In this document: in pieces, positions 23,238-37,800 of the stretch
Layout of the letters: each line of letters starts with the position of its first letter
Numbering within the stretch: position 1 is the first letter of the stretch
DNA from: Ruditapes philippinarum
Taxonomy: Eukaryota
Length of the DNA stretch: 64,000 nt
Direction of reading: 5' to 3'
Assembly (NCBI RefSeq): GCF_026571515.1
Contig: NW_026859959.1
Span: forward strand, 248,001 to 312,000
Program-made: the position numbers and the translations under genes
The notes under the pieces: generated by a model
The model's database searches: none
The model's input: the letters and a program-made list of their open reading frames with translations, nothing else
What the model was told of the DNA's origin: nothing

Positions 23238-24502
23238 ATGGATATCATGAAGATTTTAGCATTGTTGTTGTTTTATTGTCACTGCATTAGAATGGAAGAT
23301 CACCATGATGATTTTGAAGATCGGATGCTTAATGTCCAGCGTCGAATAAATGCACTGAAAGAGGATTTACAGGCTATAGAGTCTAATGCTGAAATGACAG
23401 AGACTGACTTAGACGAAAACAAAAAATCTCTGGAGCAGATGTTTACCAACTTAAACAACATATTTAAGGAAATCCAGTTTCAAGATATAAAAGATAGATT
23501 TAGTAAGCATTATTTGAAAAGAGAGCGAAGAAAGCTTTTTAAACTACTGCAAGAGCCAAAAGAAATTGAAGCTGGAGAACAAGAAGGTAAAAAACAACAA
23601 GACCAAAAAGATACGACGACGGATCAAATGACAGAAGATGTTGATCAAGATTTAAACTCAGCTTTGAAATTTGAAGGTATACACGTATATTCACAATTAC
23701 TTTTACAAGTCGTTTGTTGTGTCTGTGTGTGCGTGCGTTTGTGTGTTTATATTTTTAGAGATAGAGACAGACTTTACTTTAACCTTCTGGAAAGGATACA
23801 CATAAAAGTTTAAACAGAAAATATCTTTACTTTAACTTTAAGCTAATGTTTCCGTTTTTGTTTATTGATTTGTAAATAGCCATCATTTCTTATTTTGCTT
23901 TATTTTAATGTGTTGAACAGCAGATTTGTCAGTGAGTTACATGTATATGATATTTCTAAACTATTTTAACCTGTTTATTGATATTCCATTACATTCAACA
24001 TAGCTTTATGATTGCATCTGTAAACCTACGTTCCTAACCGAGTTACATAAGAAGTACAATGTACACTGAATAAGTCATTTTCTTTGCAGATTTTGGCGTT
24101 GTGTTTAGAGCGTCTAAGTTAATAAAGACATCTTTCGGAGAAGACACAGAAAACACTCAGAAGGAAACCATCGTTTTCTCTAACATAGAATACAATATTG
24201 GTGAAGGCTACAACTCAACTACAGGGATATTCACAACACCAAGAAAAGGCACATATCTGTTTACTGTCCAAGTTTATATCAAGTTTCATTATCGCATTGA
24301 GGCTGGAATATTTGTAAACGGTGAAAATACCATCGCAATAACTTCACTGTCTCCTGGAAATAACGCATGCTACAATTTCGAAGGAATAACGAACCTGGAA
24401 AAGGGAGATGTGGTACAAGTAACGCATTTGTATTCTAAAGGTGATCGTGGATTGGATAATGTGTTAAACTCAAACTTCTTTTCAGGTGCAATGATAAGAT
24501 AA
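23238..24502 (+). CDS. C1qDC subfamily B copy 2 (intact, about 283 aa)
   Basis: Exon 1 23238-23676 (signal peptide MKILALLLFYCHCI, acidic coiled coil). Exon 2 24090-24502 (IVFSNIEYNIGEGYNSTTGIFTTPRKGTYLF..LEKGDVV..FFSGAMI). Canonical phase-1 intron. Confidence 0.9.
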
Positions 24503-25419
24503 CTCGATATACATATCTAACATTATAAAATATTTGTGTCTTAAATATTTTAATTGTAGTTTTGCCTGCATAATACACAGTATCGTACTCTTTGTACTTG
24601 AACTATATATAGCATTGTTGTATAATTTTCTGTCATTCGATCTTATTCACAGGTACGAGTATAGTTGTATCGTTCGACTGTACGCAGATATTTAAAAATA
24701 TCAGTAAAGCATTTAGTTTGACAACACCGCCTTGATTGATTTTCTACACTCTTGTGGTCACATTCTTTTATACGAACATAAATAACCATTCAGCGGTTTC
24801 ATACATTATTATGTTTTTAAATAGGCAATTGGACTTATTATGTAAATAAATAAATATATCATAGTTTCTTACTCTTTTATCTTTCAGAAATGTATTTGTA
24901 ACTAAAGGTACATAACCTTGGTTTTTCATTATAAGATCGATCTTCACGTCTTTTTCACCCTGTTCTCGTTTTTTGAATTACAATATGAACTGTCGACGAA
25001 TGACATTATAGTATCAAATGTAACTTTAATTGCCAAACGGATTAACACGATACATATTTCGTTACATCTCTCAGTGCTAATTTATACAATAAAATGGAAG
25101 AAATCCGAATATACAAAAAAATTGTACCAAATCTGGCCGATAGACATATCATTTGAGTATCATTTTATACAATATTAATATTAAGTCTGAAATAAAATTA
25201 AGTGCACTAGACTGAAATTTTTTAAGTTATACTAGTATTTCATACTAGCTAAAATGATATGTTCGAATAATGTGGTATGTAATTTACCCAAAGATGGAGA
25301 AAAAAGAATGTTCAAAACAGTTCGGAATATAAGACTTATTAAGGAGTCTTGGACTTGGATCCTTAGTGAGATTGTCATACTTTTAACCATATGGATCGGA
25401 AGAGTTTACGGTCCGACTG

Positions 25420-26360
25420 ATAGTTTTCTTTCTTTCAGACCCCTTAATTAATCTGTTGAATTTGTGAAAGGCATTAGCACAGCTTTGAATTGGGAAGGGT
25501 AATTATAATTGTAAGTAATTTCAATTAAAAATAACGGACATGCAGACTTTCCTGGCTTTATATTGCTGGCGGAGGTATTAAGCAAGCTGTTGGTTAAGGC
25601 TTGCAAATTATCATGGTGTGAACTTATTTTATTCCGAACATTTTGAACAAACAAAATTATCATACAATAAAGAATAACACAATACAGTGCTGAAAAGCAT
25701 CAGATCCGAAAGCATTAAATGCTTATAAAAGCATTTTCCTAAAATCGGGGTATTACTATAAATAAGACGGGTTTTAAAAATGTTTGAAATATTAAACAAT
25801 TATTAATAACATATAGTAACTGCTCTATCTGAAAGGAGTAGAAAAAAGGGACTTATTAGATATAATGCAATAATTGTCGTGTTAATAAATGTACTAGTAT
25901 TCACTTTTAGACTTTCATAACTTGAAATAGTAGATGTAGCATAGACTATGAAAATCGTTTGCTATCTCGGATATATATTTGAACTACCTGAAATATACTG
26001 ATGTTGATGTCGTCACTTATGTTTGTATCGCCGTTAAGTAGTGTATGGAGAGTTATATAACAGTAATTTGAAAGTGTGTGGAAAAGGCTGTCTGTGATAG
26101 TAATGTATTGTTTGCATTCAAAGAAAAATGATGGTTAGTTTCTGGAAGTCCACAATGGCATTGAGGTGTGTTACAGTATATTTTCTGAAAAGATGGTTTT
26201 TAAGAGAACTACACTCTGTTCGAAGACGAGCATGGTATATTTGCCATTTTCTGATACCTGTATAGAAATATTTCGGATACTTTTTAATGTTTCTATTCAA
26301 AAGACACTTTAAAGAAGATAACGAAGGGGCATTTTGTATATCAACTGGTAGTTCATTCAA
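25420..26360 (-). mobile_element. 3' fragment of a non-LTR retrotransposon
   Basis: NELP..IQNAPSLSSLK..QIYHARLRTECSSLKNHLF followed by a degenerate Cys/His motif; begins where homology with 18182-19101 ends. Confidence 0.75.
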
Positions 26361-27067
26361 AATATCATGACAGTATATAGTAGAATTTTAATCAATTTTC
26401 AATGTTGAAAACTGATCAATTATTGGTAGGCAATAGTACAATGCCAATTTTGTGCGCAATATGGACATAATGATAAAACACTAATACTTCTGTATTCTTT
26501 TCACATTCCTTAGTTGATAATGTGCATTCAAGCGGAACAATGTTTCTAATTTCTTGCCGATTCATCGGCAACTAACTAAACTGCCTTTTACAAAATCAAC
26601 TTCATGAAATTCAGCTTCGCGACTTCACGTTTTGAACTTTACGACTTAAGTTCTGCATATATATATTTAGTTTATAAATAAATATAAACAAAATGAAATT
26701 CAATTTTAGGGGGGATAAAACATTATCCGTAAACTTAAACTTTTTAAGAAGAAAATAAGAAAAAAATCCTGTCGACGTTTTATATAACGATACGTATATA
26801 CAGCTGCGTATCTATTTACAAAGTTGGAATTATGCTGAAACAAGATTTGCAAAATTCTTCATTTTAAAGTTGACATGTAATAGATACGTAATTTTAATGT
26901 TTTATTTTTCAAGGATGATAGAAAAGTACCCGTACACAAAGGAATACAAGTAAAAATACTATTTTTTGACAGCAAAATAATATCTACATATTTATTGATA
27001 CATTGTATGTATCCAAAGATATTTTTTATTGTTTAGACTTGTATCCCTGGATATTTTAAAATCAAAA

Positions 27068-28362
27068 ATGGTGTTTCGTATAACAATTTTGCTTGTTTTA
27101 TTTGTCTGTGACTGTTCCTTTGCAAATCAAGAGGAGGATTTGATAGAGACAGTGACACAACTTGAACATTTAGCTAAGACAGTGAAGCAAGAAATGATTA
27201 AAGTGAGAAATAAAGTGGAAAAAAGTCTCCAAGATTTGAAAAGTAAAGAATTCGACTGGCTGCAACATTACTTCGGACTAAAGAGAAGAATTCCAAAGGA
27301 AAATAAATTTTGAAAGAAGCAGAGAGAAAGGTTGGGGAAATGATTCATAAACTAAAAGATGAAAGAACGGATATTAGACTAAAGGTTCATAAATGTAAAG
27401 TGCTGAACGGAGGCAAAAGTCATGATAGGTTTTGCTTTATGATTTCACGTAAAATTCTTCATAAGTTTATATAATTAAGAATATGTTCCTTGTGCTACCT
27501 ACGCACATTATTTTGATTAATGTCAATAACCAGTAGTAGGTAGTTACCAGGTCTAGTTACTTAATAATGTTAAACATATCTATTTTAGCTCATTTCATAT
27601 AAAAGTTTGAAGCTTATTTGAAACACCGTAGAGTCCGCTGCCTGGAACTAACAAGTGTGGAGGATTTATGAAAACACGAAGTCGTGATCATAGAAGACCT
27701 CGAACCCAAAAACTCTGGGTTTAAAGGAAGAAACTTTTACCACTAAACTATCGTTCACTAGCTTTATTTGACTCTTAACTATTATCATACTATGAACAGA
27801 CTAACTCCGTTGCATTTTCATGACTTTTTCTTGTTATATTCAAGTCCATAAATGTATCATGTATAAAAAATATCAATCATCATTTTTTAAATATTAAAAA
27901 AAAACCTTTGTTCGAAAATTTAAGATTGTTTCTTAATATTAAATACTTTTAACACCAGGTTCATGGAAATCCAAAGACGTTTCCTTTCGATCTAAAGAGC
28001 CTTTAAAGGCATATCTAGAAGGAGGGGAGAAATTCATATTCACAAACACGCCAGTGAACAACGGAAATACGTATGATAACATCACTGGGGTTTTTATTGC
28101 TCAAGTTACAGGAACTTATTATTTCGTATTACAGATGTGTCTTGTAGGAAATTATGTTGACTTGTCAATTCGCAAAGGTGAGAATTTATATAGCTGGGCA
28201 CGTTTCTTCCCATATTATTTGTCGTGTCAGACTGTAGATATGTTGACTCCCTTACAACAAGGTGATAATGTGTATGCTTCCAAGACCTCCTCGTGGGATT
28301 ACGATATAATGCATGTTGGCAATGACCTTTACAACACTTTCTCTGGAGTACTTATTGCTTAA
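27068..28362 (+). pseudogene. C1qDC subfamily A copy 3 pseudogene (C1q exon still intact)
   Basis: 1-nt deletion at about 27308 and donor GT>AT at 27425; exon 2 27959-28362 is open with a valid acceptor. Confidence 0.88.
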
Positions 28363-29149
28363 ACTGTTTATACTTAAGGATTTCAGTAGATTTCCACTTA
28401 TCATTATGTCATTCCAGGATGCAAGGACTTTCTTTAAGTTGTATTACACAGCCAATATACCGGTATTATTAAATAAGAACTAGGTCCATTTATTCATATA
28501 TGTCTTTATTATAATGAACTTTGACCATGGTCAATCTGAAATGAACATATTAAGGATAATTCTAACACTCCTCGTGATTTTGTCACTATCATGACTATAG
28601 ACAAAGATGAAAAAGACTGCCAATAAACACTGGTTAGGGGCTACTTGTATATGCGGTTGTTATGTTTTCTCCCTCGATAATATAGTTTACAAAGCCTTTA
28701 AAAGCAACAATCATAAAGCATTTTTATTTATACACTCAGTTCTTATATTTTTTAATTTTCATACAATACCGAAATAACATGTTATATACACCTACACCAC
28801 AGATATGATCCATATCAGTTAATAAATATTTTCACAAAACGTCGCCAATCCGTAGGCAGCGTAATGACGTCATCCTAAGAATAAAACTCATCGTCATTTC
28901 AAACATACAAGAATGATAAATGGGGCACTGATGTAAACACAATGCAATCCATTCTAATGCATAAGTTTTTTGTTGTTGAAGACTTGATAAAATATTTTTT
29001 TCTTATTATCTCTTTTGTTTAATAACTTCTTTATCTTAGCAACATTAGGGTGCGGAATCGAACAGCGTTATACGAAAATCGGCACTGCAAGTCAATCCCC
29101 CTTGGAAAAATAACATAAGTGATATTCCTTATTTTATCTTGTTAGAATC

Positions 29150-29306
29150 GAAATAATATCGGTCTGAGTGTTGTTTATTAGCTATTTTACACCGGTTTAG
29201 TCGTTTTACTGCGAAAAAATTAACCACTCAGGCCTACGGCTTTCGTGGTCAATTCCTAAACCGATGTTAAATAGCCGATAAAATGCGCTAAGACCGATAT
29301 TATTTC
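29150..29306. mobile_element. Palindromic element, end of an insertion (about 28470-29330) behind A3
   Basis: Arms gaaataatatcggtct / agaccgatattatttc, central ggcctacggc; region absent from the A2 and A4 3' flanks. Confidence 0.65.
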
Positions 29307-31883
29307 TTAAATGATAAATTGTATAGCACAAGCTAATTCAAGCTTATTTGTATTAATTATATATAAATGATATCGTAGTGTGTATTTCAAAATTTAAAGT
29401 ATGGGTTTTCGTGATGCTCGATATAAATAGTGTTATTAATGTGACTTTAGAACTATCAAAGAACGATAAGTGTGAGTTTCAGAGACGTGCATGATTTATT
29501 CACCAAAAGAATTTTCAATTTGGCTGCTATTGTCAAACTTAGATTAGAATTAACAGTCATGGGGGGTAAATATCTAATCTATTAACTCACAAATAGTCCC
29601 TAATGCTAGAAAGATATTTCGTAATATGTATAATTCATGTTTGTGTTTCATGAAAAAGTTTTAAGTTTTACTATTAAATAGGAATAAAGTAAGCAAAGAG
29701 ATAAATATCATTCAGTCGTTAATACGTTTATGCCTCATTGGTTACAGTACCAGTGCTTTCTATTTATCTTTATTTATTCTCCTTTTGATTTTTATAATTT
29801 CTTCATTTAGTGAAGTATGTGGTTATAATTACTAAGAATGTCTTTGAGATTTTTTTACCTGGAATTGAGTAATGCCTGTACATATGGATCACAAGTAAAT
29901 GCTTTCAGTCTCATGAAGCGTGTTGTTGTTCATATGTATTAACGGGGGACGACAAAAGCTGTGACACAAACCTTTATATGTGAGAATAAGGTGCATATTA
30001 ACAAAACATAAACTTTATTTAGCATTAAACATATTATGCATTGTTTATACCCAACATGAAACAATGGTTTAATTGTATACGATATGAGTACAGGTTAACT
30101 TGTGTTCCAGAAGAATAAAGTATCTAATTCATACATAGAATATATTGATGGAAATGTTAATTAAAATAACTCTGGTTCATACTTGAATTGTATAAGAAAC
30201 ATGTTCTTTGAACAACAAAAATGACCTTTTACATAAAATATACCGGTATCTGGTTTAAAAGAGGATACAATCTTACTTTTATACAAACATACAGTACACA
30301 AAATATTTGATCTACATAAAGGGCAGATAAAATGGTTTTTGTGTTTGCATATAATAACAATGAACTATTATTTGATATTATATATTAAAATAACACAATT
30401 TAACTACCCTTTAGATATCAGGCAAATGGGTAAGCTTTAGATACCTTTTCATTTTCTTTATCCACAATAACATTTGAAGTTAATATGCAGGTTCCTATTT
30501 GTTTGTATTCATTTTTGTTTTTAAAACATTTCAGGCGTGTTCAAGTTGCAATACTTTGTATTTTATATTTTATTCACAAAATATATATCCACCGTAAATA
30601 TTTTGAAAAGTTAAGCAGTTATATGTGTGTTTTGTTACACGGTATACTTTTCATGTTTCCGGTATGTCAATTGTAAACGGGACAGTTATAGAACAGTTAA
30701 ATACTGTCTACTAGACTACTACTTCAACACATAAAATTGGCCTCACGGGCAGTATCAGTTGTAGCTGCACCTTAAGTTTAAAATAATTTTCGATTTGCTT
30801 CACCCCGGTTCCTCGTCAATTTATTGGTCGAGAAAATACTTAGGTTGTTTTGACTCTTGTTGTTCGTTCGTTCGTCCGTCAGTCAATGGCAATGCCAGGG
30901 ATATATTAAAATTGTATTTATGTACCAATTGGCATTTAGAGGTTATTCATTAAAATCCCGTCATTTTGAGTTTTAAATTTTACTTTGTTTTTTAATAAAT
31001 TTACTTTGATGTTAAAATACATGTATATCAATCAGTAATTTGCTGTGCTGATTGCTGTACCATTTTAACATAATCAAAAGAAAAATAACCCCTGATGCAT
31101 TTCTTTTTAAAATAAGTCATTTATATTTTTTTCGCTGTTTTGAAACACACGACATTTATAATTTTGGTTTAGTGACTTGTACTGTACAAAATATTGTTGA
31201 GTTTGTGAAGACTTCTCAAAAAATCATTTAACATAAAATATTATAATCACACAAAATGACTTTCTTAAAGGCTTTTCGTTTATTTATTATAATTTTTCAA
31301 ACAAATATTGATGTATTCATGATTTTATCTATAATCTATAATTCAATTTGTCCTGAAATCAAAAAAAATTTGAATTACTTATCAAAACGATTTTCCATCA
31401 AGTTTGATTTTTAAAATAAAATTTACAAGATCTCAGCGTGCGTCTGAAGTATTTTTTCTAGTTCAACAATAATTCTAATGAACTCGGTAAATATCTGGTA
31501 TGTAATGTGACAATGTTTGATAACAGAGCAATGAATTGCATTTTAACTGACACAAAGTGACACTAAATGTCGTATTAATTGTAGATCTGTTAATCGATGA
31601 AATTGATGATAACGACAAGATTTGTTACTAAGATATAAATTTCAAAAATGTAAATCTGCTCCTGTAGAATAAAGAGAACATTTTACACATTAAATGCATC
31701 CATGCGTTTCAAAATTGAAATCCATATTTAAACAAGATGTTAATCAAAGTAAAACGATAAACACACTAAGACCACAAACATCGCTTCATATTTCTGATTT
31801 AAACTGTATCCAAATCAAGATTGTTTAATGCACAAAATACTGTGATAAGAAGGAAGTCGATTCAGTTGTTTCACGTTGCCATC

Positions 31884-34800
31884 ATGAAAACATATTTAAT
31901 AATACTAACTGTTATTATTGCATGCTCATCGGAGCCACACTGCTCTATATATCACTATGAGGAAAAATTGCTTGAAAAGATGATCAGAACAGAAATCATT
32001 GTTGAAAACATAAAGAAACAAATGGATGACATAGCAACTAGAGTTACCGGGGCATTAGCAAAACTTAACGAAGATACAGCCACATGGAAAGGGGAAATAG
32101 AGGCGTTGCAAGAAAACAGTGAGGCAAACCTAATCACATTGCAAGAGAAAGCAAAGAGCGAGTTAGACAAAAGCATGCAAGCAGTGCAAGACCTTAAAGG
32201 TAATCTGTCTTATTATGATTGTTTTACTTCATATTTTCACACTTTTCAATGACGAAACTACTTTTTTAAGATTTTCCCAAGTGGTACCTCAATTTTATTC
32301 TTACTGACGATTCTGACAAGGTCGGATAATGTGACTTTTTCTTCTACTACAATTATTTGTTTTTAGCATTAAAACAAGCGATCATTCATATTTGGTTGAT
32401 CAAATGAATAATATCACTGCCATTTAACGGTGATTGTCGAACTTATTTCTCAGCCCAAGACTTTTTGTATTTTATGAGCAATTCGACTGAAATGAGGCCA
32501 CCAGCAGACCTGGGGTAATCATTAATTGTAATCATTGATTTTTTAATTGATTACATGATTACACTGTAATCATCATGTAATTGATTACCTTGTCCAAAAT
32601 TGATTACATTAATCGTAATTAATCAATTACAGCTGAAATTCAGTCAGTATTTATGATTACAATTTGATTGACATTGATTACTTTCAGATTTAACAGGAAA
32701 CTATTTTAATGCAAAGGATGCCTTTATTTCACATGATGCAGTTTATCTTTTGTATTACATTTATAAAGTAAAAGCCCTTTATAAAGACCATCATCTGGGC
32801 TGGACCAAAGTGGTCTAGATTGTGGGGTGGTCTTAATTGTGAATATTCTCATCATTGCTTACATACTTATGACCATGATCTATTTCAGTCATTTTAAGCT
32901 AGTAGCTGCTACAAATACAATATTAAAGACATTATAAAAGTATGCTATGATATTTGATGAGAGGAAAGGATATTTTTGAAGAAATTTAACATACAATTCT
33001 CTGGTCAGATTTCAATATCAATTGTAATATGATGTACATAAATCACCTATCAAATAAAACTTAATTATTCACAGAATAAATTTGCTGAAAGCAACAGAAA
33101 ACCACTCTAAAATTAACCTTCTCATCTTATTTCATACAATGGCCCAATAATAACAGTTTTTCACACCTGACATTAAGTGTCATGCATTTTAGCAAGAAAA
33201 GTTTCAAAATTTATTGGCTATCGACATGTAAAATGTTTTTGGCCATATTTAGAATAAACATAATATAATGGCAGGCAGACATATTGTATAATATATACAA
33301 AAGCATACAAACATCATACAAAGTATTACAAAAATTAATATTTCAAACATTTAAGAAACTAATATTTTCCAGGGTTTTGTTTCTTAACGTAAAAGCATCT
33401 TTAATGTATTTAGCAATATTACATATTTTTTTTGTTCTTAGTTGACATATAACTATTAAAATATTCTTACTAGGCCAAGGTACATAACAATGATATTGTA
33501 TTCTAATATTTCTTATTTACTACTCCAAAACATTAAACGATATTCATTTTCAATTACATTTTGATTGCACAGTTTACACAATCGGTTTTCTCTAACTATG
33601 CCACTATAACGACCTGTTTCAATTTCTAAATGGTGTGAGTTTAATCTAAAACGAGCTAAACAGGTTCTAAGATTGTCATTTTCAATTACATTAAGATAGT
33701 TTTCAAATTTAAACTCATTTTGAAATTACAATGATATTCAAGTTTAGGCATAGATCGTATTGACGCTGACCAATCTTGTAAAACCTGATCGCGTAAATGA
33801 TTCTTAAACAATGGTAGATATTTACAACTGTCATCAAAGTTAAATCGTATATGAGTAAATCAATGATGATCATTAATAGAATGTATACGAGAAGCCCAGC
33901 AGCTATTGATATTGTGGTCAATAAGATCTCTTTACATAACATAAATGGGAGAAGAAACATTTTTCATAATTTTTAGCCAAAATTTTAAAGATCGTTCTTT
34001 ACAGGTAACAGATAACGGTAATCTACCCAGTTCTCCCAGTACCGCATAGTTAGGGGTTTGTTGTTTTACACCTAGAACATGCTTACAAAATCTGATATGT
34101 AATTTGTCCACTTCTTTATAGTTATATACCCCCCAAATCTCTGAACCATATAACATTCTAGCAGATCATAACAACAAATTTAATATCGAGATAGGTGTTG
34201 ACTTTAATATCAGTGGTCTCAATAGCTGGGTCAAATTAAAAATAAAGCAAAGAATTTGGACCAGGGCTTCCGTTAATGGAAGTTTGGGAGTCATTTACTC
34301 CTTGCTTTTTGGCTTGAAACTTCCAAAAGTTAATGTTTTTCCCTCTTAACATATATAGCATGACATTCAACAGTGGGTCCAGAGATTTTGCAGTCTCTGA
34401 CTTCCAAATTTTGAAACTTAGTTGAAGCCCTGTTGGACTGAATCAGGTGGTCATAAAAGTGGATAAGCAGTTGTTCTTAATTCAGGATCATTTAACCGTT
34501 GTCAGGAAGAACATTGTAAAAAATAGTTTTATTAAAGGGGTGGTCTTAATTCAGGGGTGGTCTTAAGTAGGGATTCTACATTGAATGTAATCAATTATCA
34601 ATCAATTACTCTCTTAAAATAATTGTAATTTAATTGATTACAGAGGCAAGTGTGAGTAATCAATGTTAATCAATTACAATAAAATCTGAAAGTTTTTGTA
34701 ATTAAATCAATTACTGATCAATGTAATCAGCCCCAGGTCTGGCCACCAGTGGGAAAAACATTTTAATATTAATGTAAATATTAAGGAAATTTCGTTTTTA

Positions 34801-37800
34801 CTTGTTTTTAAGCATAAAATAAAAAGAAAATGTGTTTGTTGTGTAAGATGTAATTTTATTTAATCTCGTGAACTATATAAAAGGATTCTCACTCTTGGCT
34901 ACGCCACTTGTGAGAATACTGTTTTTAAAGCCAACTCGATGAAATAAAATACCATCTTACACACAATCAAACAAATATCCTCTATATATTTTGGAATTTC
35001 AAAGTGAAATTAAAAAAATATAATTTTCAATTGCGGATGAATAGAATATCTCTTGATAAAAGTGATAGGAAACACACATTAATCTGCATTTAAGAAACAA
35101 AACAAAAATTGGTAAAATTTTACAGAATTATTTTTCAACAAGAACAATGTGACGTCATGTTTTGTTGACACCATAAAATAGAGCTCATGTTGTTAAGCGG
35201 CAAAAATCAGTAACCCTTAAAAACATGAAATAAATAAAATTTGTTTCTTTTATCTGAAAAATCAAATTATATTTCACTCGTAAACACCAGACCCATATTT
35301 TCAGTCGTGGCTACGATGAAAATATTACATCTGGTCTTCACGAGTAAAATGTATAAAGGCTTTAAAAGTTTTTTTTCTATGAATTAAGGATCTATTTACA
35401 TCAAGTGGTATAAGATAAATATTTCACTAGTGGCGAAAGGCACGATTGAAACATGATATTTTTATATCACAAGGTGGAAATAAATCCAGTATATATAGAA
35501 AAAAACCCCTGAAGTTTCCGTTTATTATCTGCTTTTCCCCCATTTTTAACCTTAACCTTTAAAATTCAAAAACCCCTCCTATCAATTTTGAAACCACGAC
35601 TGAAAATGATACTTTTGTATCACAAGGTGAAAATAAATCCTGTATTAATAGAACACCTTGAAATTTCTGTTTATTATCCACCTTTTTTCGTTTTTGACCT
35701 TACAAAAGCCCCTTCTTTAATTGTGTGTGTGCGCTCATTAAAAAAAAAAGTTATCTGGTAAGACATCTGTGAAAACACGGAATTATGTTTCAATGCAGTA
35801 AAAAAAAAGTATTACAATGGAAATACAAAACATTAAAGTCTGCATTTAATTTATGAATATTTTGAGGATATTTTTTTCCGTTTGAGTGAAATGTGGAGTA
35901 TACGAGGGGTGTTCGGGAAGTTTAAGGACTTTTGCTGTAGTTTGATAAATAATAGGAATTGAAAAACAAGAAAAACACCATAAAAATATTTCTTTTACAA
36001 CCAGCTGTAAAAATTACAATGAAATACATCAAACAAAAAGTAAATTACAAATAAAACAAAACATACACCGAAGCATACCCGGAGCACGCTAACGTCACGT
36101 CAGTGCAAAATATGTCAACGTCAAATTTCCCCGATAGTCATATCGACTCACTTCTGGACGTGATCTCCATTCACAGCGATACATTTTCTATGTCGTACGT
36201 GTCCTCGTACCAGATGTTGTCGAATGCCGAAACTATTCTCTGGGTTTCAATTTGTAATTCCAACCTGGAATAAGAAGCGTCGACCACGCAGCTGTGCTTT
36301 GATTTCCGGAAAAACTCGGAAATCCATCGGCGCAAGGTCCCGGCTATAGGGTGGATGCACGAGCGTCTGGAATCCCAGGAGGCTGATTTAAAAACTAGCG
36401 ATCTACAGCATGTTTTGTTATACTAGATGCTTGAATCATTTTATACGTCTACGTTGGTCTCTTTTTTATTCCTACACAAAACTTGGTGATTACCCTGACT
36501 TCAACGTCACCTATTGACGTCATTTTTCTCTTGATTTGTGTAAGCACCAGTGATGTTAAAATCGTTGTTATTCAAACAATTGTAACGATTTACGAGTAGA
36601 ATTTTCAGGAAATCACGTTGACGTTGAATTTAACGCTCGTGCGTTTTCGTGACGTTATCCATTGTAATTTAAGAACATTATAATCAATTAAATATATCGG
36701 TACCATTAACTTAATTTCGATAAAATCGGAGTGCTCAGGGTATGCGTTATGCGGTTCCTATAGAAACAGTTGTCTATTCTTGTTAGTGAGCGTTGTACTA
36801 AATATTGAGCACATATTTAAATTACATTTTGTGAAATATGGATAAAAACGCATCATTGAGGAAAAAAATACAGAAAAAGTCCTTAAACTTCCCGAACACC
36901 CCTCGTATTTTCACGAAACAAGATAAATTTCATAAAATTATAACCTTCCTACTTTATTTCAATTCAAAAAAGAGAAGAAAATATAATTTGTTACGAAAAC
37001 AATTTCAATTCAAAAAAGAGAAGAAAATATAATTTGTTACGAAAACACCCATTTTCATCGCAGATGCAATTGTCCAGTAACAGGTAATACATGTACATTG
37101 ATTATGTATAGATGCATCACGCAGTTAAGCACACAATTTATCACCATTTTTAACTGTATTGAGAAAGATAACCACATAATTTCTTATTTAATTAAAAAAC
37201 CTAGAGTTCCGGATTGTCACAGGAAAATGACTCCGCCCACTTTCATCTTTGTTTTCATATTTGCTAATATATATATTTATTTTATGCTTTTCAGTGGATT
37301 ACTGATTTATCTGTGAAAATTATATTTGATAATTTCACAGTGAAAATTATCAAAATATAATTTCACTTTTTTAAATGACGAAACTACTTTTTTAAAGATT
37401 TTCCCCATGTGGTACCTCAATTTTATGTTTACTGACAATTCTGACAATATCAGGCTGTGAAAAAAATAGCAAATCTGAAATAGATAAATAACTTAAATGT
37501 CAAAAGTAATAAAGAGAGCAAAACTTACTTCTATTCCTTCAAATTCCAATCACAAAATTTCGTCTTTAAATTTTTTTGTTTCGTTTTTACAGTCTGAAAA
37601 ATACATTCCTTCCCCATGCTAAACTGCTCTTGATGACATTTGGGCATATTAAAGTATCCTACGAGCAATAACTGCCGTATGCTTTATGAAAAATTGAAAA
37701 GCATTGACAGCCATCACTCGTAAAATAAGTAAAATAACCCAGCGTTCCTTATAAAGCCTTAGCAAGCTTCCAAGTTTTCCATTTTCCTAGCTCCTTTTCT

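Larger units (their letters stand above)
32505..34741. mobile_element. Non-autonomous hAT-type DNA transposon with nested insertions
   Basis: TIR CAGACCTGGGG / CCCCAGGTCTG; perfect 8-bp TSD GCCACCAG (32497-32504 / 34742-34749); subterminal GATTAC/GTAATC repeats. Confidence 0.88.
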
